64,000 nt of DNA from assembly GCA_013239625.1 (NCBI GenBank), contig MU056050.1, forward strand, positions 2,404,084-2,468,083, in the 5' to 3' direction. The notes under the pieces were generated by a model. That model saw nothing but the letters and a program-made list of their open reading frames with translations, was not told where the DNA came from and did not search any database. Source of the DNA: Lama guanicoe (lineage: Eukaryota). Positions 50,307-60,830 of this stretch are shown here, piece by piece (the stretch's first letter is position 1; each line of letters starts with the position of its first letter). Both the position numbers and the translations under genes were made by a program.

Positions 50307-52836
50307 TCATCAAATTTATTTTGAACAATCTCTTTTTCTTGACTGACTTTTTTTTCCTACCAAATCATCTCTTTCTATCAAGAGCAGAGCTTATCTACAT
50401 ACCACAGCCCGGCACCATGCATGGTCCCTGCCCAGTCTAGGATTCCTTTTTATACCATGGCTGAGCCCAGCACAAAGGAGCCCTCATACAGCTCCCATTC
50501 TCTAACCACAGTACCCAGTGAGCTGGGAGATGGCCCTCTGCCTAGTTCAGGACCCTTATGCAGACCTCCACTCCCCAAATCGCTGAGCAGACAATCTTCC
50601 AACACATACCGTATCAGTAGGATTTCCCCTGTCCAGATTAAGGCTTATATCCATACCACTGTTCAGCAAAGGATAGTCCCTACGCATTACAGGGCTCAAC
50701 ACACATGACCCACTCAGGAGCTAGCACTGGACCAGAAAGTCTAAATCTATGCTATGATTCCCACTAGACCACAGTTATTCCAAAACCATAGTTAAGCACA
50801 CTAGAATTCAAATCTAAACCATGAGCATACCACTAGTCATCAAATCAAGAGACAAGCATGTGCCAAGAACAGGGTTCATATAAGTATATACCACTTCAGC
50901 CAATCATTCACTCATTTTTCATTCATTAAATCTATATTTATTGAACATCTACTATATGTCAGGCGTTGTGCTAAAGTAGCCCCCACAGCACTCTGACAGG
51001 TAGTCCCTTAACCATACCGGCAACTAGATCTAGCAAGCCAAGAGTCAGCCCCATCTTAGACCAGGCTCATAGCTATACAGCCTCTCAACATACATTAAGT
51101 GCCTTTAAGTACCTTCTCAGCAAAGAGCCTAAATCCACACTAGGACTCTACAGGGGACAGCTTTCACCAAGGACGGGGTAGGGTCCATACCCATATACAT
51201 ACCAGAGCTTAGCACACCAGCCCTAGGCCAAAGCCAAGCCTGAATCTTTACCACTGTTCAGCAATTATGGGATACCCTTTCCTAAGCACTTGGCTTACAC
51301 ATATGTCAATAGCTTAGCCACATACCACCATTAAGCACACTTGGGAAGGCCCCTCAGACCATGGCCTTAACTTTATCTCTGCCCTTGTAAGCCATGAGAC
51401 AAATCTCACCCAGGTAAGTGCCCAAGCAAGAACAGTCAACTCAATTCTCCATACCATTTTTGCTTATATCTATAGTTTATTCATTTTTATTGAAACATAG
51501 TATTCCACTGGATGAATATGGCATGTTTAACTATTCACTCTTGAGGGACAGCTTCTATAAATAAATAAATGAATGAATGAATACACACATATACCCCAGG
51601 GTACATAAGAGTGTATTTCTGAAGATATATATCTGTGTGGAAGTGCTCAATAATGAAATAATGTGTATCTTCAAATTTAGTAAATAATAGTACACGATTT
51701 TCTAAAATGGTTGCAATGGTTTAAAAGTCTCACTGTTGCTCCGTGTTCTTGCCAACCATTATTAGTGTCAGGCTTTTAATTTTCACCAGTTAAGTGGGTA
51801 TGTAATGGTATTGTATTGTGGTTTTAATTTGCATTTCCCTAATTACTAATGAGGTTAAGCAAATTTTTGTATGTTTATTATCTATTTGGATTTACAATTT
51901 TCTGGAGTGACTAAGTTTCTAGTCTATTTTTCTATTGTATTATCTATCTTTTTTCTTATTTATAGTTCTTTATTTATTTTGGAAAATAGCTTTTTTTCCT
52001 ACTAAATTTATTGCAAATATCTACTCCCACCCTGTGACTTGTCTTTTTTAAAAACTTTTTTTAATTGAAGTATAATTGATTTACAATGTTGTATTAGTTT
52101 CTGGTATACAGCATAGTGATTCAGGTATACATATATATATTCTTTTACATATTCCTTTTCAATACAGGTTACTACAAGCCATTAAATATAGTTCTCTGTG
52201 CTATACAGTAGGAGACTTGTCTTTTCATCTTATGGTATTTTCTGAGAAAGAGAATTTAATTTTAAAGCACTCAGACTCATCAATACTTTCTTTTATGGTT
52301 AGTTTTACATGTCTTTTTAAAGAACTCTTTCCTTGCTCCCCAATTTTTCTTTTATTACCTTATGAAATCTTCATTGTTTAGTCATTTACATTTAGACCTT
52401 TAATCCACTGGCATTGATTTTTGTGTACGGCATGAGGTAGGGGTCCAATTTCTTTTTTTTTTTCAATACAGATAGTCAATTGTACTAGCATAATCTGTTG
52501 AAAACGCCATCCTTTCCTCACTGCTCTGTAACACCATCTTTATGCACATGTGCACATATGCAGCAGTCTGTTTCTGGGCTCTCTGTTCTGTTCCAGTGAC
52601 TTAAGTATCTTTCCTTGCATTAATATCACACTATTAATCAACATAGCTTTACAATAAGTCTTGATATTTGGTCAAGCAATCCCTCCCACTCTGTTCTTCA
52701 AGAGTGCCTTGGCTATCTTTGGCCCTGTGGATTTCCATATAAGTCTTTTAATCAGTTTGTCAAGTTCCGCAAAAAACCTTCTGGGGCTTTAACTGTAATT
52801 GCATTGAATCTATGGATTAGTTGACTTTTTTACTAT

Positions 52837-53235
52837 TGTTGGTCTGCAACCTGGGGAGTACCCTGGGTGAAATTCAAAACTAGTCCCTGTACCCAGAAGG
52901 TAAGGAGAGACAGAGGAAAGAGTCAGACCACCCCAGATTGGTGGTGGCAGTTTTAGAAAGTAAGGGAATCTACACAGAAGACTTGTCTTGGGTGAGACAA
53001 GTAGACTTTGCATCCACTCATCAGAATCTTAAAAGTTCAACTGGGTTCAGTCACGTATACCGGTCCAGATGGCCTCAACAACACAGTGCTCTCTCAAGGG
53101 TATGCCCTTGAAAATAGCTCCTACTGTGAGAATGGTGGACAGAACATACATTCCAAGGACCAGGGTAGGGCTGAGGAGCATCTGATCGCCTGGGTCCAGC
53201 TGACGGTCACATCCCCTCAAAGACCTCCTCCACCA
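52837..53235 (-). mobile_element. ERV solo LTR, same family as 63587-63997 but in the opposite orientation
   Basis: TG...CA ends; colinear reverse-complement similarity to 63587-63997 (e.g. accccagattggt/accaatctggggt, aactgggttcagtca/tgactgaacccagtt). Confidence 0.8.
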
Positions 53236-53699
53236 AAAATATTTAGTCTTCTAATCCCTGAACACAATATATCTCTTCATTTGTCTAGGTCTTCTTTAAT
53301 GCTTCTTAATAAGGTTTTATATTTTTATTCATGGAGTATGTAAGCTTTTCCTGTTATACTTGTTTTAAGATTTTCCCAACATTCTACTATGAAATTTTTC
53401 AAAAATACAGAAAAGGGGAAAGAATTTTCCAGTGAATACACACCACCTTGATTTTACCATTAACATTTCACTACATTTGCTTTATCGTGTATCTATTCAT
53501 CTCTCTATCCTTCTATTCATCCATTAAGTCCTGTTATTTTGGGTGTATTTCGAAGTAAATTGCAGACATTAGTACACTCACCCCTAAATTCTTCAACATA
53601 CTATTTCCAAGTGTTTCTCTCTTTTGTGATGCTACTGGTTGTATCTTTATTTTTTAATTTCCACTTTTCTGTTTGTTGCCATTATGTGGGAAAAAATTA

Positions 53700-53739
<40 letters not shown>

Positions 53740-54053
53740 CTATCCAGTATTTATGTTGAACAGTCTCTTTAATTCTAATCATTGATCTCTATACACTTTT
53801 GGAATGGTTACATACACAGTCATGACATATGCAAAGAATAAAAATTCTGGTTTATCCACTTAAAACCTTCTATCATTCTTCCCTTTCCTGCACTGCATAG
53901 GACCTCCACTACAATGTTAAAGAGAAATGGTGATGATAGTGGGCATCTTCATCATGTTCATGACCTCAAAGGAAAAGCCTTCAATTGCTCACCTCAAATA
54001 TGATAATGCCTATACATTTTTTTCAAGATCCTTATCAAAGACATTCTTTTCAC

Positions 54054-54179
54054 GGGGAGAGTATAGCTCAAGCAGTAGTGCACATGCTTAGCATGCATGA
54101 GGTCCTGGCTTCAATCCCCAGTACCTCTTCTAAAAATAAATAAACCTAATTATCTTCCACAGCCAAAAAAGTTTTTAAA
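54054..54179 (+). mobile_element. tRNA-derived SINE (vic-1-like)
   Basis: ggggagagtatagctcaag...gaggtcctggcttcaatccccagtacc; TSD core aaagacattc. Confidence 0.88.
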
Positions 54180-56599
54180 AAAGACATTCCTTTCTATTAT
54201 TTTGCTATTAGTTTTTGTCATGCATGGATATTGAATTTTATGGTTTTTTCTGCATCTTCTGAGATTAGCACATGATTTTCCCCTTTAATATGTTAGTATG
54301 ACCAATTAAAACACTTGATCCCCTGATATCAAAATATCTTTGCATTTCTGGAAATAAACCCAACTTATTCAAGATATTTTATCCTTTCCACTGCATATTG
54401 TTGGACTTAGTTTGCTAAAATTTGATTTAGGATTTTCGCATCTATGTTCATGAATGAGATTGGCCTGTCGTTTGCATTTCTCAAACTGTCCTTGTTGGGT
54501 TCTGGTACCAAGGTTATAGGAGCCTCATAAAATGAGTTGGGCAATATCTTATCTCTAGTCTCTGGAAAAGATTGGAACTACTTCTTCAAATATTTAGTAG
54601 AACTCAATTGTGAAGCTCTCTGTGTCTGAAATTTTAATATTATTTGAGTTTTCTAATATTTGTCTGTATCAGTTTTGGTAAAATGTGTTTTCAGATAATT
54701 TATCCATTTTATTTAAGTGTTAAAATGTGCAATATAAAGTTGGTCACGATATCCTTTTATTATCTAAATGTCTTCTAGATCTTAAACTAATTGATTGCTC
54801 ACTACATTAGTAGCTCGCTGATGGTTTTAAACATATCTTTTTATATGCTTTGTCCACCTTTTATACTTGTCTTCAGAAGGAGGGTTGGTCTGAATTACCT
54901 AGTCTGCCTTCACCAGACATGGAAGACCTTAAGCAGTTCTTGACTTAAGGTTTCAGGTGCATGTTTCAGAGCTGTACAAAGTCAGGCTGGTGGGAGGATC
55001 AGGAGTGGTCCCTTGGACACTCCTTATTTCCTAATTTGATGCTTCCCAATCTTTTTATTGTCATGGAACTTACTCATAGAAACTGATTTGTAGGGCACAC
55101 TGTGGTAAATGGATAGGCAGTTCATGGCCAAAAATGATCAACCTCAAGGCGTTGCCACAATAGTCCTTGCAGGGTTGTCCTGAGGACTCAGGAGGGTGAC
55201 ACCTCAGGACCCCTAGAAGCCAGAACGGGCATACCTGTGTGCAGGGACACATAATTTAGGAAACCCTTTCCTAAATCTTCCCTTCTTTCCTCTTTCCAGG
55301 TCATAGCTCTCCCCTTTTAAGCTGTTCCCAATTCAGCAGTCATTCCCCCAAACCTACCCTCACCTCTGTCCTTAGGATATATGCCTTCTCACCACCGGAT
55401 AATGAAGTCCCCGTTCCCTCAATCCCTTGAATCCTGCAAACCCAGCCATTTTGGCTTCCACGGGTTATCAGTGGAATCTCCACATGCCTGGTTTCTCTTG
55501 GCAATGCAAGCAGCTGGGAGTGGTGAGTTTTGTCCCATTAATAAGAATAGGAAAAAACACTGTGTGCTTCTACCCTGTTTTAAAATTGTTTCTTTTTCCC
55601 TTGAAAGCACCTAAAATCAAAGACAACTCTCCACTGCTTCACAGCAAACCTCAGAGCAGAGCAGCCTTCAGCACACTAAGAGAGGAGCTCTCAAATGAGG
55701 ATTTATATCTCTAAGCAGATGTATCTATAGTAGCAAACTCCTGTGTAGCTTCTGCCTATAATAGGGTTCATAAACAAACACACATCAGCCTGTGAACCAG
55801 GGGACAGACCCTACTCACATCTAAGCCCATGCCTACAGAACGCTCCAAAAACAAGGAGTTACAACATGACCAGGCCAACTCCTATTCTTACCCCATGGCT
55901 CAGCAAACAGGAGCCAGCCAGGGTCTACATGGTTTGCATCAGGGCCAACACAAGCACCACCAGGAGACAGCCTCTCCCCAAGACTGGGCCTGCACCTTCT
56001 ATACATATGCCAAGCACAGCATGGGAAAACCAGGCCTGAGGCCCAAACACACACCTTCATTGTAACGTGACAAACTACACGGCAGCCACGGCTGAGAACA
56101 GAGACCACGCACAGCCACTGCCCAGCACGTGAAAACGAAGCTGCTGTTCCACAGGAGAACCATTCACAGGCCAGGAGTCAGAACAGAATGTGATAACCTC
56201 CAGGCAGACGGATCATCATGTCATCATTGACCATACAAGAAATCCGCACTTGGACCGGGCTTCCGTAGTGCCCTCTATTCAGCACCAAAAGTTGCTTTTC
56301 CAGCCCGCATCCACTGGACCTGGTTGGGGGCTCAGACACTGGGTCTCAACTTCCTCCGTGAGGCGCTCTCTTCCCTTGAGTCCCTGGATTCTGCTCCTGC
56401 CTCTCCCTGCCTCTCTGCACACCCTTTGTGCCATCTCATGCCCCCCTACCCCCCACCGTGGATACTGTTCTCTGGGCCCCTGAAGACCGCCCCCTTCTCT
56501 GCACACCTCTCTGGTGCCCCCTCCCCAAGGAGCCCTGGCACACCCAGCCCTAGCCCAGTGTGACCTGCATTTGGGGCGATCACCTCTCCCCATCTAGAT

Positions 56600-57560
56600 C
56601 TTAGGTCCTCACAAGCAGGAGCCCCCCAGTTTCTCATCTCTGGGTCCTCACGACAGGGCGGGGTGCCTGGCTCTGAGCCAGGGCGGAACAAAGCCAGGCA
56701 CCTCTGGAGTGGAGGGCTGGTGTTTGGAAGCACAGGGAGCAGCGGGGACCTGCGCGGGCTTCCTGAGCTCCCAGGAGCAGGCAGGAGAGGAGCCTCCGCC
56801 GGCCTGCACGTGGCTGCGGGACGAGCTGCGGGGGTGGGAGGGGGGACTGTCAGAGCAGGCCAGCCCCCAGCGAGTGGCGGCGAGGGCCACCTCTAATCAC
56901 TCCGCTAAGCGCTCAGTAAATGTGTGTTGAATCAGCTGAGAGGCGTCGGTGCAGACTCAGTCATCACGAGAGGCATGAAGGGCCCTTGAATTCCCGCTGT
57001 TAGTGAAGATAATTTGGCAGGCAGAAGAGCGCCAGGCTGCGTCGGCGGCTCGGCTGGGCTGGGCTGGGCTGGGCTGGGCTCGGCGGCAGAAGCGCCCAGC
57101 TGCAGCAGGATGAGCAGCAGTGGCCCTCCAGTTTCAGGTCCAGTGCGGGGCTCCGATGGCTTCTGGGCACGGAGAGGGGGAGCCAGGCCCCTCCCGCCTG
57201 CGGAGCCGGGCACGGGCCATCCTGGGGGTGAAGGCTGGCTTCCCAACTTCCCGGGACTGGACTGGGGGATTTCTCCAGAAGCCAGACTTCCCATTTTCAA
57301 ATGGGGACAGAACCCTGGGCAAACCAGGACAGATGGTCACCCTCGGTGGCATTGGAGGGAGTGTCAGTCTCAAGCAGGGCTCCCTTCCCTTCTGCTGTTC
57401 AGAGCAGAGGAAATTTAGGGGGCCTTGGTCTGAGCTGCAGCCCCACCAAGATGTGCCCAGTGAGATCGTGGGTGTGCATCAGGGTGGGGGTGGGGGGCGC
57501 GGTGGTGGCGGGAGGGCTGCCTGTAGGTGGCACGGGTTGGGCCCCCTTCTGGAGGCCTTA
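56600..57560. promoter_or_regulatory. Orphan GC/CpG-rich island with a (GGGCT)n tract; no recognised gene
   Basis: Strong local GC and CpG enrichment; (GGGCT)5 at ~57056-57080; CACGTG E-box at ~56807; several G-runs. Confidence 0.65.
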
Positions 57561-57709
57561 CCCTAAAGGAGTTGGGTCTCAGCTCTGGTTTGCGGTCACT
57601 TTCCTTGGCAGTGATGCATGTAGTAACCCTGAAAGGGCTAATTACTAGTGTGGCTTTGTGACCATGGATCCCAGGAATTTTAGGGCACTACATTGCCAGC
57701 ATTGTTTTA

Positions 57710-59115
57710 TTTATTTTTAATTGAGAATAACTTCATGTAACGAAATTTGCCATTTTAAAATATACAATTCAATGGCTTTTAGTGTATTCACAATATTGTA
57801 CAGCACTATCTAAATTCAGAATATTTTCATCACCCCAAAAAGAAACCCTGTGGTCCCCAATTCCTTCTCCCTCCATACCCTGGCAACTATTGATCTCCTC
57901 TCTGTCTCTCTGGATTTTCCTATTCTGGATGTTTCATACATAAGTTGAATCATACAGTATGTGACCTTTGTGACTGGCTTCTTTCACTTAGGAAAACACC
58001 TTCAAGGTTCCTCCATGTTGTAGCATGTGTCAGTACTTCATTCCTTTTTATGGCTTAATAATATTCCATTTGGGGATATACCATATTTTGTCTATCCATT
58101 CATCGGTTGATGTACATTTGATTGTTCCTCCTTTTTATTATAAATAATGCTGCTATGAACATTCACGTACAGGCACACCTCAGCGATACTGCAGGTTCAG
58201 TTCCAGAGCATTGCAATAAAGCAGTTATCACAATGAAGCAAGTCATATGACTTTTTGGTATCCCAGTGCACATAAAGGTCATGTTTACATTCTACTGTAG
58301 TCTGTCAAGTGTGCAGTAGTATTATGTAAAAAATTATATATATATAACCTTAATTAAAAATACTTTATTGTTAAAAAATGCCAACTATCATATGAACCTT
58401 CAGTGAGTCATAATCTTTTTTGCAATAATAACATCAAAGATCACTACTCGCAAGTCACCATAGCAATTATTATAGTAATGAAAATGTTTGGGATATTGCG
58501 AGAATTACCAAAATGTGACTCTGACTTGAAGTGAGCAAGTGCCGTTGGAAAGATGGCACCAACAGAATTGCTGGACACAGGGTTGCCACAAACATTCAAT
58601 TTGTTAAAAACACAGTCTCTGCAGAGTGTAATAAGGTAAAGCACAACTAAGTGAGTTGCGTCTGTACAAGTTTTTCTGTGAACGTATGTTTTCCATTTCC
58701 TTGGGTATATACTTAGGAGTGGAATTGCTGGGTCATATGGCAACTCTGTATTTAACTCTTTTAAGGGTTTGCCAAACTGTTTTCCATAGTAACTGCACTA
58801 TTTTACATTTTCACCACTATGTCTGAGGGTTCCCATTTCTCCAGGTCCTTGCTAATACTTACTTTCCATTGTTTTTTGTTTGTTTGTTTGTTTTAAAATT
58901 ACAACCATCTTAGTGGCTGTGAAGTAGTATCTCCTGACTTTGGTTGGCATTTCCCTAATAATAGTGATGTTGAGCATTTTTTCATGGCTAATTGTCCATT
59001 TGTCTGTCTTCTTTAGATAAATGTTTTTTCAGGTGCTTTGGCCATTTTTAATTGGATTATTTGTCTTTTTATTGTTGCATTGTGAGTGTTCTTTATATAT
59101 ATTGTAGATACTAGA
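57710..59115 (-). mobile_element. L1MB-like 3' end, antisense
   Basis: Typical motifs (gtgactggcttctttcactta; ttaggagtggaattgctgggtcatatgg); ORF 58444..58743 begins PYDPAIPLLSIYP. Confidence 0.9.
58170..58664. mobile_element. Tigger2a/MER28-like TcMar element nested in L1MB
   Basis: ta|caggcacacctc...gagttgcgtctg|ta with a TA duplication, splitting the L1 motif gaacattcacg-ta-caagtttt. Confidence 0.82.
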
Positions 59116-59662
59116 GCATTTAGTTTTCATTATAGTGAGATTAATGATTTTCGCCCGGTCTTGATGCTGCATACCTTATTCCCACCCAGGGCTCTAGGGC
59201 TGAACTTCTTGTGGTCCCTGATCTGAGAGAGGAAGTGCATCCTGCCTGACCCTTACAGAGGCTAAATGGAGACTGCACCTGGCCTCTCCACATTCCTTTC
59301 TGTGAAGCAGCCTTTGCCTGTGATGCATATCCTTACTTTCTTGCTCCACTATACTTTTCTCCTGCAGTAAATCGTACAATTGTAAGCGTTGTTGTGTTGG
59401 GTCCTCTGAGTCTTCTTTAGCAATCCAACCCTGGGACCTATTAACTATTGGGACCTTCAAGTAGGGGGAGTTGTGGCTGCTTCTTGCCTGGAGATTTTTG
59501 GAAGTGGGAGAACTGTAAAATGAAGCCATACCAGCATATTATGAAAGAACTGTAAGGTGCCACCTAAACACGAGACGTCTAGACATCTAGACATGAGAGA
59601 GATCCAAGAGCTGTCTGATTCCAAAGCTCATGCTTTTTTTGTTTTTTTGTTTTTTTTTTTTT

Positions 59663-59761
59663 GCATGTGGAATGCTTCATGAGTTTGCGGTCATCCTTGA
59701 GCAAGGGCCATGCTAATCTCTGTATCACCACTTTTAGTATATGTGCTGCTGAAGCGAGCAC
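59663..59761 (-). pseudogene. Second, more decayed U6 snRNA retropseudogene with a poly(A) tail (59634-59662)
   Basis: The minus strand reads GTGCTCGCTTCAGCAGCACATATACTAAAAGTGG...GATTAGCATGGCCCTTGC, with small deletions. Confidence 0.9.
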
Positions 59762-59849
59762 AGCCCACATTTTGATCACTTGTCTGTAGTGCCTCTCTTT
59801 CTCTTTGCTAGAGATTCCTGTCACAAAGAAAGTCTTCCTGTTTTATAGC

Positions 59850-60200
59850 TTTCTCTCTCTCTCTTTCTCTTTTTTTTCTCTTGGGATTTGTTTGGAATGT
59901 TTTTTCCTTCCTCCCTCTGTCCTCCTTCCCTCTCCTGCTCCCTACCTGCCCTTAGTTTCTCCCTCTTCCTTTTTGCCTTCTCTCTCTTCCTTGCTTCTTT
60001 CTTTCCCTTTTTTCATTTATTTTCCTTTTTTCCTTCCCCTTTCCCATCCTTTCTTTCTTTTTCTTCTTTCCCTTCTCCCTTCTTATTTCCTCTCCTTTTC
60101 CCTCCTTCTTTCATCCTTCTTCTTATCTCCTTCCTTCCTTCCCTCCATCCCCTCTCCCCCTTCTTCTTTCTTTCCTCCCTTCTCTCCTTCCCACCTCATC
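59850..60200. repeat. CT-rich low-complexity polypyrimidine tract
   Basis: About 350 nt, nearly all C/T on the plus strand. Confidence 0.9.
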
Positions 60201-60419
60201 TACTGTTGGGTTTCTCCCGTTGTCTGTGCTGTCATCTTGCAGCCCTGGGAAGAAACCTCAGTTAACCCACTACTTCACAATGTTTTGAAAAAACTGGACC
60301 CTAAGATTCATCTTAGCCTCCTGCCAGCAGCATTGCTGGAAGGGCATGGACCACCTCACAAGTACCTTACAGACAGTGAGACAGCAAATCAAGAGCTTTG
60401 TCCACCAGAGGAAAATGAT

Positions 60420-60830
60420 GGATATTTTCCATGGATCTCCTTACCCTCTAAATCCATTCTCCACATTTTTCTACCTTGCCCTGGGCCCCAGGAGGCTAAC
60501 CCTTCCATGGTCTGTATCACATGAGCTCCCTTGCCCTCTGGCTTCTGATTAGTTTTGGCCAGTGGCAGGCACTTGACATGAGATTGGAGGGTGGGAAGAA
60601 AGAGAAGTCAGGGAGTTTATTCTCTCTGTCCCCTCCCTGCCTGGCCCTGGTTCTGGAAAGGGCCTCATTCCTCAACGGCCACCTCTTCTGGTCGAGGGGT
60701 GACAATGACTTCCCTCTGTTGCTCCTCCCTGAGCACTTAAGCATCCCTTATTGCTTCCTTTATTCTTGCCCACATCTCCATTCAACTCATCTCAGATAAA
60801 TCCTTTGCGTGTGTCACCTGTTTTTGGCCA
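60420..60830 (+). mobile_element. ERVL-class LTR (LTR33-like) fragment
   Basis: ctcccttgccctctggcttctgattagttttggccagtgg...gagattggaggg; reverse-complement similarity to ~22690-22860. Confidence 0.6.

Larger units (their letters stand above)
51450..54900 (-). mobile_element. Old antisense L1 block with nested younger insertions: L1 3' end ~52060-52215, LTR, SINE, and (TA)n at ~53705-53735
   Basis: T-rich strand with L1 motifs (gttttaatttgcatttccctaattactaatgaggtt; gcatctatgttcatgaatgagattggcctg). Confidence 0.8.

Noticed and set aside
50395..51370. CRISPR-like repeat-spacer array
   Set aside because: Mammalian context; the repeats are short, degenerate and irregularly spaced, with no cas-like genes. 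Kept only as a motif cluster.
56600..57560. XIAP promoter (the neighbouring gene in human synteny)
   Set aside because: No XIAP-like exon or BIR-coding sequence is visible in the window, so I cannot assign the island to it.
59805..60524. Longest ORF in the track (239 aa, F/L/S/P-rich, membrane-like)
   Set aside because: Translation of a CT-rich low-complexity tract that lacks stop codons, running into an LTR fragment; non-ATG start.
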